In this document: one piece after another, positions 38,730 to 51,389 of the stretch
Layout: every line of letters begins with the position of its first letter
How positions within the stretch are numbered: the first letter of the stretch is position 1
NCBI GenBank assembly: GCA_028534125.1
Contig: CM052824.1
Span: forward strand, 42,718,001 to 42,782,000
Source of the DNA: Lama glama
Lineage: Eukaryota
Length of the DNA stretch: 64,000 nt
Direction of reading: 5' to 3'
Position numbers and translations under genes: made by a program
The notes under the pieces: model-generated
What the model was told of the DNA's origin: nothing
The model's input: only the letters and a program-made list of their open reading frames with translations
Databases searched by the model: none

Positions 38730-38910
38730 GTGATCTGGAGCCACCCAGACCTGGACTTGTCTCTCAGATCCCCTTAGCTGTGTGACCCGGGGCAAATCGC
38801 TTACCCTCTCTGGGTGTCTGCTTCCTCCCCCGTAAAATGAGGTAGATATCATAGGGCTGCTGTGAAAACGAAATGAGACGGTACGTGTCAACCCCTTGGC
38901 ACCGTGCCTG
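38730..38910 (+). mobile_element. MIR SINE
   Basis: cttagctgtgtgacccggggcaaatcgcttaccctctctggg...gtaaaatgagg. Confidence 0.75.
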
Positions 38911-38989
38911 ACTCCAGGAAAAGCATGGGAATTGTGTGTATGTGCTGGGCTCTGAGCTGGGAGCTTTTTATATACTACTTCACTAACTC

Positions 38990-41750
38990 TTTTCCTTTTA
39001 TGATGTACTATTGTATTTACTTAAAAAATTCTATATAACAAATGTGTAAATTGAGAAGCATAATAATCAAATAAACTGCTGTGACCCAGAGCTTGGGAAG
39101 TAGAAAGTTTCCAAGAGAACTGAAGCCTCTGGGTGACCCTCCCCAGCACATCCTCCCCCGTCCCCTGGAGGGGACCACCGTCTTGCATGTCGAGTTTATC
39201 CTGTTCCCCAGTTTTCTTTGTAGTTTGACCACGTATGTCTGAACCACCAAGCACATTATCAGTTAGTTGTGCTTCTGTGTGACCTTTATGAAAATGACCT
39301 CACAAGGTATGAGGTTTCCTGTGCCTTGATTCTTTTTTCACTCAACGTTGTTTCTAGACGTGGCCACGTAGATGGACGTGCATCTGTGGTTCCTTCGTTT
39401 TACGGACGGTATTTCACCATCTGAATATATCACAATTATGCGTCCCTCCTCTCTCCGTGGATATGAGTCGTTTCCAGTTTTTGTTTGGCTTTTTGGTTGT
39501 TTTGTTTGTTTGTTCTTACAAATAAGGCTTCTGTGAACACTCTTGTCCGAGCCTCCCGATGCACCTGCACGGCCGAGTCTCTGGGGTGTATTCCAGAAGA
39601 GGGATTGCTGACTTGCGGGGGAGGGGGGTGTTTGTTCAACTTCACAAGGCAGTGCCAAATTGTTTTCAAAAATGACTGCGGTTACTTCCACTTCCAGCAG
39701 CGATGTGTCAGAATTCCCATTGCTCTAGATCCAGACCCAAATTTGTCAAGCTCCTACATTTTTGCCGAAACAGTAGGTGTAATATGGTGAGTCCGTGCTC
39801 AGATTTTTCATTTCCCTGATTAATAATGAAACTAAACATATTTTCAAATGATTATTGGCTTTCGGGTTTCTTCTGTGAAATGCCCGTTTGTGTCTTTTAT
39901 CTAATTTTCTACTGTTTGTTTGTCACCATCCTAATGATTTTTAGGAGTCCTTTATCCATTTCAGATAATAGCCATTTATTGATTTCCATGCTGCAAATGT
40001 CTTCTCCCGCTTTGAGACTTGGCTTTTCACTCTATTTGTTGTCTTTGGATGAGCACAAAGTCTTTATTGGAATTTAGACTTTTTTTTGATCTTTTCTTTT
40101 TTTGCTTTGCACTTTTAGTGCTTTGGTAAAGAAATCCTTCCCTACCCCAGGTCATAAAAATAGTCTCTATTTTCTTCTAAAATATTTCAAGCTTTGCATT
40201 TCACGTTCAAATCTTTATCCATCTGGAATTGATTTTTGTAGTGCTCTGAGTTGGAGATTTGATTTTCTTTTCCCATATGGATCAACAATTGTTGCAGTAT
40301 AGATCACCCCGGGTCTACAATGACAATTCTGTCATATATTGACCTTCCTTATGCGTGTGAGCCTGTCTGTGGACACTCTGATTTCTTCCAGCGTGCTAAT
40401 ACTAATCAATGTATATTTATAAGTCTTGATATCTGGAATTGCAAGTCTCCTGCCTTGTTCCCCAGGTGTTTCTTGGTTATTTTTTCCCCCTATTCTTTTC
40501 CGTATGAATTTTATAATCAGCTGTTCAAGTTCCCTGAAATACGCCAAGGAATTTTGATTGGAATTTTATTAAATCTGTGGGACTATTCAAGACACTGTCA
40601 TCTTTACAACATTGAGTCTTCTCATCTATGAATATGATATATCTCTCTACATTTAGGTCTTGAGTACCTTTCAATAATTTTCTCCAAAAATGTCTTGAAC
40701 TTTTTTTTTAGACATATTCTTGTGCCTCTTACATTTTTTATTGTTACTGCAAGTGGTATTCTTTAAACTAGGATTTCTGACTCTTGCTGGTAAATGGAGA
40801 TACAAATGATGTTTCTATGTTAACCTTTTATCTATATACTTTTTTGAGTCTCTTATTTATTCTAACAATTTGTTTGTAGTTTCTTTTGGATTTTCTATGA
40901 GCAGAGTTAAAGAATCTTAGAATAATAAAATTTTATTTTATTTTTCTTATCCATTAGACTTTCATCTCATTTTCTTGTCTTATTGCACTGGCTCTGGTTG
41001 AGAAATTGTAACCTCCAACACAATATTGAGTGGAAGTGGTGATAGGAGCCATCTTGTCTTGTTTTCCTGATTTTAAAGGAAATTCTTCTACATTTCAATG
41101 TATGCCATAGACTTGTGATAGAAACATTTTATCAAGTCAGAAAATTCCCTTCTCTTCTAGTTTGCTAAGAATTGTTTTGTTGATGGGTGTTAAACTTCCC
41201 AGAAGCATATATTGAGAATAATCTGTTAATATGGCAAAAATCATTTACAGATTTTTTTCTAATGTTAGTTGATCTTTAAATTTCTCAGGTAACTCAACCC
41301 AATCATGATGTGTGATTATTTTTTCAGTAATTTAATAGTGTTTATGACTTTTAAAGTTATGATCATGAGATGTATATAAACTGTAATCTTTCTTTGTTTC
41401 TTGTAATACCTTTGTCTGATTATTGGTATCAGGAGTATAGTGGTCTCATAAAATTTATTGGGAGCTGTCCCTTTTTGTCCAATTTCTGGAATTTAGGGAT
41501 GATATATTCCCTGGAAGTTTGGTAGAAGTCATTGTAAAATAATCCAGGCCCGGCATTTTTCTTTTTGGAATGATTTTAAATTTCTAATATAATTTATTTA
41601 AATTAGCATAAAGCTATGCAGACATCTGTTTCTTTTTAGTCACTTTAAGTAAGTTATTCTTTTCTAAGAAGATATCCATTTAATCTAAGTTTCAAATGTA
41701 TTAGCATACAATAACTCATTCTATTATGCTGTTATTTTTTTGATACCCCT
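38990..41750 (-). mobile_element. Ancient L1M LINE-1 (3' UTR plus degraded ORF2), antisense
   Basis: T-rich; minus-strand ORF 40332-40547 YFRELEQLIIKFIRK...LAIPDIKTYK is L1 ORF2-like; gtgccaaattgttttcaaaa...ttccagcagcgatgtgtcagaattccc. Confidence 0.88.
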
Positions 41751-42670
41751 ATTAAATCTTTCAAAAGATTTACATTTTACATGAGGGGATAAAAAAGCTC
41801 AGGGAAAGGGAATTACTTGCTCAGGCCATGTATCCAGAGAGTGACAGAGCCAGGATTTAGAACTAGGTATTTCTAAGGGGCAAACACCTGCCATTCCTAC
41901 TGCACCGTGTTAGGCTTTGAAGAATGAGTGAGATTTGGACAGAGATTTATGGGAAGGGAAGGCATTCACAGCTGAAAAATAGCCCATCTAAGAACATACA
42001 AGTGGGCAAATGAGAAAGACATGGAAAGACCTGACTGGTATGGAGACTGGGCTGTGTTTTCAGGTGGTGAGGAGGACCATGGGGAAGGAGGGTGGGGAGG
42101 GGCAGTCTCTGTGTGAGTCTTGCTGGTGTGTTCAAAGAAACAGGAGACACAGGCTTTGCCGCCAGGAATCTCAGCATCTAGTTGGAAAGACATGACTGTC
42201 TTAAGGGAGGCAGGATCGGGCTCACTGCCAGATGGGTGGGGTGAATACAAGCCAGAGGACAATGGAATAATATATTTTAACTTCCGAAAGAGAAAAAAAA
42301 CCTGTAAGCTGGAACTCTGTATGCAGCAAATTCCTCTCCCTAAATGTAGGCAAATTAAAGACTTTTCAAGGAAACAAAAGTTGGGAGAATTTAACACCAG
42401 CAGATCTGGATTATATTAAGTGTTAAAGAAAGTTCTTCATATTGAAAGAAAATTATAACAAATGGAAAGCTGGATCTACACAAAGGAACGAATAGAGCCA
42501 GAAATTGTTAATCTGTGGATAAATACAAAATAGTGGGGAGTTCTGTTTCCATCTGAGATGTAGAAACTTATAAGAGAATGCCATTCCCATACTAAAATGA
42601 GCAAAAGTCAGATAATTCACTAAGTCATAACTTTTCCTCACTCTTAACATAGACCCAAGTTTACAAGACA

Positions 42671-43320
42671 TGTTAGGCAGAATCCAAAGATGTCACCCTC
42701 AAACCCACCAAGATTCTAATCTCCTGGATATTCACCCAAACACCAATTTAGTTACTGCTGTGAAGAGACTTTGCAAATGGAATTAAAGTTACTAATCAGC
42801 TGACTTTAAAACAGAAAGATTATTCTGGATTATCCAGGTGAGCCCAAGCTAATCACATGGGCCCTTATAAGCATAAGAGGAAGGCAGAGAGATTCAGCAG
42901 AAGAAGAAGAGGGCAGGTTGAATGCATGAGAGGAACTTGACCCCTTGCTGCTGGAGGGGGCCACATGGAAACTAGGAGGACGAAGGCAGGCAGCCTTTAG
43001 GAGCAAAGCCATGCCTCTCATGGACAGCTGACAAACTAACAGGGACCTCAGTCCTACAAACACAAGGAAATTAATCTGGTCAACAACTTGAAAGAGCATG
43101 GAAGAGGACTCATCTCCAGAGCCTCCTGAAGGTGCCTCTACCCGAAGGTGACTCCAAGGTGCCAGTTTTAGCCCTGATACTTTTATTTTGGTTGTTGAAA
43201 CCCAGAGAAGAGAATAACTGAGCCACAAAGTGCTGGACTTCTTACCTATAGAATTGTGAAATAATAAATGAGTGGTAATCACCAAATTTGTGGTAATTTG
43301 TACAACCAGAACAGAAACCT
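42671..43320 (+). mobile_element. MLT1D/E-type MaLR LTR nested in L1
   Basis: tgttaggcagaat...actgctgtgaagagactttgcaaatggaattaaagttactaatcagctgac...ggattatccaggtgagcccaa...tgtggtaatttgt. Confidence 0.85.
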
Positions 43321-45842
43321 TTAAAAAAAAAAAAAAGATAAACAGGTAACTGGAATTCCAAAGGATGACAAGTCCCTTTGAGGAAGCAGGCACACATGAA
43401 TTGTTTTATCTTTTGTAGAGCATGAATGAAGATGTTAGCCACCATAAAATCTGGAAGAAAGAAAACAGCTAATTTTTAATGAGTTTTTTAAAGGTTTGAT
43501 ATGGGCTAAAAAGACAGTTTAGAATACCTGGGAACCCCAGCCATGAGTGTACAGTAAGAAAAGCCCATCACTGGAGGAATTCAAAGTCTGTGGTGCACAG
43601 AAAATAGAGCACCAGCAAAATCCATCTACACTCACCTCTTTCCTAGTTATGACTCAAACCACCACACTACTGTCTTAAAAGAAAAATAAGTATGCTTGTC
43701 TCTGGACATAAATACTATTTACCTCCATCTCTACTGTTATACACACAATGTCCAGCATTTGCTCAAAAACTGTAAGACAGAGATCTCCAAAAAATCAAGG
43801 AAAAGCAACCTATCATCAAGAAGAAAGCAGTCATTTGATAGGATCAGATTTAGAGATGATCCAGAGGTTGGAATTTTTAAGCATAGATTTTTAAATATCT
43901 ACATTAAAATAACTAGTTTAAAGATGTAGTGAGAAAGGTGGAAAATGTACTTGAATAGATGAGAAATTTCAGCACCAAGAAGAAAATTATAAAGAAAAAA
44001 GTTCAATCATGTTGCAAGAAATCATTTTACAAAATATTATCAGAGATAGATGATTATTTTAGCAGATGTACCAGAAGACTGCACAGCAGATAAAAGAATC
44101 AATGAACTTGAAATAGATCAGTCATTAGAAATTGAGAAACAAAAATAAACTGAGAAACAAGGAGACAAAAAGTTGAAAATGCAGATCAGAGCACCCAAAA
44201 GCTGCAGTCTAACATGTAAATAATTTGAGGGAGCCTTAGAAGATAAAGAGATAGGAAAAGAAATACGTAAAGAGACTGTGGCCAATAAATTTTCCAAATT
44301 TAATAAAAGATGAGCCATAAATCTAAGAAAAAGCTCAAAGAACCTCATATAAGACACACACACACACCCCCAAAACACACAAGTAGACATACATCACCTA
44401 GATACATCATGGTCAAGCTTCTGAAAACCAGAGATTAAAAATTTTTGGAAGCAGCCAGAGAAAAAGAAAAATTACGTACAGAGGAACAAAGATAAGGACA
44501 CAGCTGGCTTCTTATCAGAAACTCTGTGGTCCCAATGGAAATGTACTCTTTTACATTTTTAAAGTAATATAAAGAAAAAAAAACTTGTCAACTAATCATT
44601 CTACACCCAGAAGAAATATCTTTCAGGAGCAAAGATAAAATAGGAGTTTTCTCAGATTAACAAAACTAAGAGAATTTATTATGAACTTACCTACACTATA
44701 AGAAATGTCAAAGGAAATTCTTCAGACAGAAGGATCATGGTACTTGATGGAAATTTAGGCCTACCTACATTAAAAAGAGCCCCAGAAATACTAAAAAGTA
44801 GGGTAAAATAACTTTTTTGTCATTTTTCATCTCTTTCAAAGATAGTTGGCTCTCTAAAGAGAAAATAATGACCCGTACCAGGGATTTAGAATATATGTAA
44901 TAAGCACAACCTATGACAAAATTAGCACAAGGAATGAGGGAAGAAATGGACATGTTCTATTATAACACTCTTACACTATAGGTTAAGAAGCATATTATAT
45001 GAAGGTAGACTGTGGTAAGTTGAAGATGGATATTGTAAATGCTAAGGCAACCACTACGAAAATAAAAGAGGTATTTCTAATAAGCCAATAGTGAAGATCA
45101 AATGGAATAATAAAAAAAAAATCACTCAATTGATCCAAAAGAAGGCAGGAAAAAAGAAACAACAAAGAACAGATAAAACAAAAAGGAAACAAAAAGTGAG
45201 ATGGCATGTTTAAATTTAACCATGTTAGTAATTCCACCAAATTTAAATGCTCTAATTCTGGAAAAGGCAAAACCAGAGGAATAGAAAACAGATTAGTGGT
45301 TGAGGGGCTGAGGGTTAGGGAAGGGGCCACAGTAAAGCAGAAGGGAACTTTTTAGAGCAATAAATGTTTCAATATATTGATAACGGTGGTGGTTTCATGA
45401 TTATATGCATTTGCCAAAACTCATAAAACTGTAAAACAAAGAGGAGAATTTTTTGGTATACAAACTATGCCTCAATAAATCTTTTTTTTTTAAGTGTAAT
45501 TAGTCCAACACCCCAAATGAAAGAAAAGGATCTTCACGTTGTTAAGAAAAGTTAAAGAAGATCTAAATAAATAAAGGGATACCGCATGTTCATGGCTCGG
45601 TATACGATGATGCTCCCAGAATTTATCTATAGATTCAACACAATACCCATCAAACTCCCAGGGGGATTTTTTGATGAAATTGACCAACTGGTTCCAAAAT
45701 TCATATGAAAAGGAAAGGACCCAGAGAGGCAAAACCATTTTGAAAGAGAATAAATTTGAATTCTTACTACCTGATTTTAAGACTCAATATAAAGTTACAG
45801 CGAGTGATATAATGAGGTGCTGCTGTGATAGACATAGAGATC

Positions 45843-46100
45843 TATATCTAGCAATACTGTAACATATACTTGCAAGCTGTTAGTAGAGTAGCTCTTAAAT
45901 GCTTTCACCGCAAAAAAAAAAAAAAAAAGGCAATTAGGTGACGTGATTGAGGTGTTAGCTAACCCTACTGTGGTAATCATCTTGCAATACATATGTAAGT
46001 GCATCAAATCAACATGTTCTGTACCTTAAACTTACACAATTATATATAGCAATTACATCACAATAAAGCTAAAAAATTTAAAAAGAAGCTTCAAAATATA
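45843..46100 (+). mobile_element. Short L1MA9/10-like 3' end nested in an older L1, with TSD
   Basis: gtagctcttaaatgctttcacc...ggtgttagctaaccctactgtggtaatcat...accttaaacttacacaat...aataaagct; TSD atagacaYagagatc at 45828-45842 and 46101-46115. Confidence 0.8.
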
Positions 46101-47239
46101 ATAGACACAGAGATCAATGGAACAGCATACAGTTCAGAAATAGATCCACGCATAGATGGCCAACTGACTTTCAACAGAGGTATCAACATAATTCAAAGAG
46201 AAAGAATATTCTTTTCAACAAATAGTGTTGGAGCAACTGGATAGCCATCAAAAGAAAAAAAAAAGAATGTAAACCTCAACTCCTCTCACCACACACACAC
46301 AAATTAAATAAATCACAGACCTAAATAGAAGAGCTAAAACAATAAGATTTCTGGAAGAAAATATAGGAAAGATCTTTGTAACCTTGAATCAGATAAATAT
46401 TTCTTAGGACAAAAACATACAAATATTAAAAAGAAAAGAATTTGGGCATCATCACAATTTTTAAATATTGGTTCTTTGAAGGACATACTCAAAGAAATGA
46501 AAATTCAAACCACAGACTAGAAACTGTTTCCAAATCAGGTATCTGATAAAATATATAGAACTCCTACATAATATATAAAAACTCATATACACATGTGTGT
46601 ATGTATATAAACTCTTACAACTCAATAATAAGATAAACATCAATTAACAATGGGCAAAATTTCTGAATAGACACTTCACTGAAGAAGACAGACAGATGGC
46701 AAATAAGCACCTGAAGGATCCTCAACATTATAAGTCACTGGGGACATGCAACTTATAACCACAATGAGACTCAAGCATGGCCAAAATTAAGAAGATTACA
46801 CTACCAAGGAGAGGATGCAGAGCCACCAGGAACCTCATACGTTGCTAGTGGGTGTGCAAAATGGGATAGTGCTTTGAGAAACAGTTGGGCAGTTTCTTAC
46901 AGAGTTAAGCACACATTTTCTATACAACCCAGTAATTTCTGGACATTTACCAAGAAAAAAAAAACATGTGTCTACACACAGACTTGGGCGAATTTCATAA
47001 CAGCTCTGCCCACAACAGTCGCAGACTGATGAATGAATAAACATAATGTGGTGCAATCCACACAGCAGAATACCACCCAGCCATGAAAAGGGATGAGCTG
47101 CTGATACACAGAACATCATATATGAATCTCAAAAGCATTATGCAAAGCATTCTATAAGCACAGGTCAGCCTCCACAATAAAGAGTTGTTTGGTCTAAGAT
47201 AACAATATTGCTAATATTGAGAAATGCTGGTCTATCGGC

Positions 47240-47480
47240 CACAGTAGGGAGTTTTTATGTTTAATGTTGAGGATGTTCTTTGCAGGTTTTGAGCAGGAAA
47301 GCGACGTGATTTGACTTATATGACCTTAAAGTAATCACTGTGGCTGCTCAGTAGAGCAGAGGCTATTGTGGGGAGAGGGAGTCAGGGAGACCAGATGAAG
47401 GAATTACATAAGTCCAGGTGAGAAACGGTAGTGGCTTGGATGTGGGTGGGGTAGAGGAAGGCATGAGAGGTGGTCACTCA
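47240..47480 (-). mobile_element. L2 fragment (its right part forms the start of the left inverted-repeat arm)
   Basis: ggttttgagcagg...atcactgtggctgct...agggagaccag...gtccaggtgagaaacggtagtggcttgga. Confidence 0.7.
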
Positions 47481-47655
47481 TATAAGAAGCTGTTGAAGAA
47501 GGAACCGGACACTCATCCTAAAAAGATTCTCAAGTAGACACAAGCATCCTCCAACTTCAGAAGGGTTGTCATGTGGACCAGAAGTTGGTACCATTCCGGG
47601 GGCCCCAAAGATCCAGGAACATGAGTGCAGCCAATAAAGCACTTTGCAAAGACAA
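47378..47655 (+). repeat. Left arm of long inverted repeat
   Basis: Reverse complement of 48228-48515; 15 substitutions in the first 259 nt plus a 10-nt indel near the inner end. Confidence 0.97.
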
Positions 47656-48227
47656 GACCTCCCTGGATGTCCGTGCTAGACCTGTTCCTCCCACTGATGC
47701 CAAAAGACACAGTGAGCTCTGGTATAACGAGCCACCTTTTTCATCAAATTTTAAGTGTGGAAAAGATCTTAATGGTCTTCTAGTTCAACTCTCTCTTTGA
47801 TACTTGAATTCCTTCAACAAACACGTACACTCAACAAAATTATTGTCACTAAAAACATCTTCACCATCATCATCATCATCTTCATCACAATATCATCACC
47901 ACCATCACTGACATTCTCATCATTTGTCAAGTACCTGCTTTATGTCAGGCAGAGTGCTGGTTGCTTTACTTACTTGGCTGCACTGAATTCTCACAACAGT
48001 GCAACAATACAGGTAGTGATCTTGATTTACAGAGAGGGGAAAGGAGGCTGGAAAGAGTGAAGTGGCCCGAGGCAGCACAGATAATAGAAGAAGGAGGCTT
48101 TAAGCCAGATCTCTTGATCACAGAGGCAAAACTGTCCACTACCTTGCTGCCCTGAAAGCTGATCTGTGCTTGTGCCCCTCCACCAAGAAGCATGCTCTCC
48201 ATTTGGTCAGAACTGCCAGAAAGGCCT

Positions 48228-48515
48228 TTGTCTTTGCAAAGTGAAACCACCTTCCTCATTGGCCGCACTCACAATCCTGGATCTTTGGGGCCCCCGGAAT
48301 GGTACCAACTTCTGGTCCACATGACAACCCTTCTGAAGTCGGAGGGTGCTTGTGTCTACCTGAGAATCTTTTTAGGATGAGTGTCCGGTTCCTTCTTCAA
48401 CAGCTTCTTGTATGAGTGACCACCTCTCATGCCTTCCTCTACCCCACCCACATCCAAGCCACTACCATCTCCCACCTGGACTTATGTAATTCCTCCACCT
48501 GGTCTCCCTGATTCC
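48228..48515 (-). repeat. Right arm of long inverted repeat
   Basis: Reverse complement of 47378-47655; the ORF track also shows the same peptide PGSLGPPEWYQLLVHMTTLLK on opposite strands (47513-47710 minus, 48192-48380 plus). Confidence 0.97.
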
Positions 48516-48519
48516 ACCT

Positions 48520-48802
48520 GCCACCCTCTCTGCCACCCTCAATAAAAGGGCCTGCACGTTCATACTTGGAGGACCCATAGGCACTTTTTGCCTGGATGGC
48601 CCACTGTTGCCTATAGCAGCATAACCACCAAATGCTTCCTTTGTTCTTTGTGCCAGAGGACACACAAGCACCGCTTGTCCGTGTGGCTCACTGTCACCTA
48701 TAGCAGTGAACCTAATAAACTTCCCTTTGTCCTTGCCTCCTCCTTGCCTTTGGTAAAATTCTTTTTATCCACCATGATGCTGACTCCTCCATGGGTCCAA
48801 CA
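48520..48802 (+). mobile_element. 3' portion of an ERV-type LTR (5'-truncated)
   Basis: TATA-like aataaaaggg (48541), polyA signal aataaa (about 48714), ggtaaaattctttt motif and terminal ...aaca; no recognisable 5' TG end. Confidence 0.55.
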
Positions 48803-48829
48803 AGTTCGCCCTAAACATTATCTCATGGA

Positions 48830-49120
48830 CACAATACAGCTCCCAAAGTTCCAGCAATCACAGCCCCATTCCAGACAAGAAGGAGAAGGGAGAGGGAGAG
48901 TAGAGGCTCCTGCCAGCTGCTTAAGCTTTTCTTGAGAAAGCTTTCCTAGGAGCTGTACCCATGACTTCCTTTCACATTTACTGCCACCACTTCCCTAGCC
49001 ATCTGTAAGAGATTTGCCTTTTTCGCAGAGCACATGGACAGGGCCAACTGTGTTGGCATTCCGTAACTAAGAGAGAAGGGGAGATGGGACATTAGGAGAT
49101 GACAGACAGTCTGTGTCCCA
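48830..49120 (-). mobile_element. Old MLT1 LTR fragment
   Basis: aaagctttcctagga...gacttcctttcacat...ccacttccctagc...aagagagaaggggagatggga. Confidence 0.5.
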
Positions 49121-50162
49121 ACCAGAGCCAGGATGCTTAAACATGGAAGAAGCTGAGATCAGAGCTCTACCCCAGGGCTTAATCCAGGAAGTCCTCTCGT
49201 GGGATGAGGAGATGTAAGGATTCTTTCTTACTGACATCCATTTTCAAAACATTAAAAACAATGTATTAGTAGTAGATGCTCATTACAGAAAATTTGGAAA
49301 GCATACAAAAGAAAATTAAAATCCCCTATAACCCCCCCACCAGAGATAACAACTGTTGGTATTTTTGCATGTATCTTTTATTAGTTTCATGTATAGTATA
49401 TTACAAAAAGTCAGAATGTAGTTTATATTCAGTTTTATATGCTGCTGATTTCTCCAGCTCTATTATAAGCATTTCCCAACATAAATTACTTTTGAAGGTT
49501 TCATTTTAAATGGCAACACAATATTGCATCATAATTATTTTTCATTCATAAGTGATTTAGCCAATCTGCCATTGTTAGGCATGTAAATGGTTCCCAGCAT
49601 TTGGTCATTAAAAATGATGCTGGCTGACCAACTCTGCACATAGATCTTTGTCTCCACCTCTGATTATTTCCTTACGACCGATTTCTGGCTTCACCGGGTC
49701 AAAGGGTATGGGTATTTTTAAGGCTTTTGATACATACTGTGAAGTTGCCCTCATGGAAAGCTGACCTGGTTACCACTCCCTACACAAGGTCTAAGAGCAT
49801 CCTCAACAGGTTGCTCTGACTTCCCTGCCTCAGCCACCCTTCTTGGCTCCCTTGGGAAACACAAAAGAAAATGGTTACATTCTGAAATAACTTAATTATG
49901 TTTTTATCTGAAGGTATTTTTAAAAGTCAACATAATTACTCCAGTCCCATTAAGCTTAATTTGTAGCAAATTATGCCTTTAGCACGAAGCTGGAGTTGCT
50001 TTGCTGGCTGGAGTGAAGATAGGGTCTGGCTGTTTATAACAAGAAAACAGCTGGGTAAACAGCTTCAGGTCTTTCTCAGGAAGGTGTTATTCCCAGGTGG
50101 GAGCCTCAGTACCTTGGAGCTCAGGAAATGCACCAGTGCCCCAGCTGACCGAGGAGACTGAG

Positions 50163-50600
50163 TGTATTAGTTATCTGTTGCTGCATAACAAATTGCCTCA
50201 AGACTCTTAGTGGCTGAAAGCAACGAACATTCCTTATGTTTTCTGGGGGTCAGGAATCTGGGAGTGGTTCTGGCTCAGGGTCTCTCAGAAAGTTGCCAGC
50301 AAGTTGTGAGCAGGCTGCAGACAGAGGAGGGGAGGGGCTGCTCGAGCTCAGTCACATGGATCTCTCCAAAAAGCTGCATCTTGAAATGGCAGCTGGCTTC
50401 CCCCAGAGCAGGTGATTCAAGAGCAAGCATCTGGGTTGGCAGCCACAAGTCTTTCATAATCCAGTCTCAGAGATGCCATCCCATCGCTGTTGACATATTA
50501 CATTTGTTAGAATGAAGTCACTAAGTCCAGCCAGCACTCAAGAGAAATTAATACCAAGAAACCAGAATCATTGGGAGCCATCTTCAGGGATGCCTACCAC
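50163..50600 (-). mobile_element. MLT1F/H-type MaLR solo LTR
   Basis: tgtattagttatctgttgctgcataacaaattgcc...ggtcaggaatctggg...atggcagctggcttccccc...ggagccatctt...ctaccac. Confidence 0.85.
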
Positions 50601-51389
50601 CCTGGAAGAGGGACAGAGGGAAGGAGGAGGGGAAGTGGTTATCTTGTTTATGGGGTGGGCCAAGGTTCAAGTTTCAGCAAGTCTGAAGAGCTGAAAAACA
50701 GCTCTTATACAGGTCAGCTTGGGTTAAAGAAGATCAGAACAGCCAAGTCACACCACATCCAAGATGCCACACCCTCAAAGCCAAGAGTTGCAATTGAACT
50801 GTTGCAGGCAGAAGTTTAGTGTGGTCAGGTTCATCTTTTGAGGAGCCCATTCTTGGTGCCTTGGAGAGGTAGACTGGATGGGCATGAGTGGAGATCAGAC
50901 TGATGATGATGGCTGAAGCAGATGTTATGATATTCAAGTCTCCTCACCAGCTCTGTGCTCACCCACAGCCGTGGTGGGCAGTTCCTCGCAAACTGACTGC
51001 TCCCCATTCAGGCCCTGCTTCCCTCTGCTTCTCCACCTGGTTCCCCAGTGCCCTGGGGGCTTGGCCATTCATGGGCAGGGCAGCCCAGAAGTGCCAAGGA
51101 TTTACCACCCCAAGGGCACCTCTCACCCAGGAAGGGATGGGACAGGGTGACCAAATAGATAATCAGTTTCTCTCTGAGGGACACGTCTGAGGCACATCCT
51201 AACACATCCTCAGAGGGTCCCCAGCAGAGCTGAGCCCACAGTGTGACCTGCCCTCTGATTCAGGCTTTAGGGCTTTTCTTCCTCCTGCCCCTGCCCCCTC
51301 CTCACTGCGCCTCCTGGGACCGCCTCCCACATAAACCACTTGCAATTTTGGAGGAAACCAAACTCAGAAAGCACTGATCACTCCAGGGC

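Larger units (their letters stand above)
42230..47150 (+). mobile_element. Composite L1M block (ORF1 remnants at about 42230-42480 and 43850-44760; ORF2/3' UTR remnants at about 45540-47150) with nested insertions
   Basis: ORF1-like aaagaatcaatgaacttgaa...cctagatacatcatggtcaagcttctgaaaacc...gcagccagagaaaaag; ORF2-like KTILKENKFEFLLPDFKTQYK (45671-45862). Confidence 0.85.
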
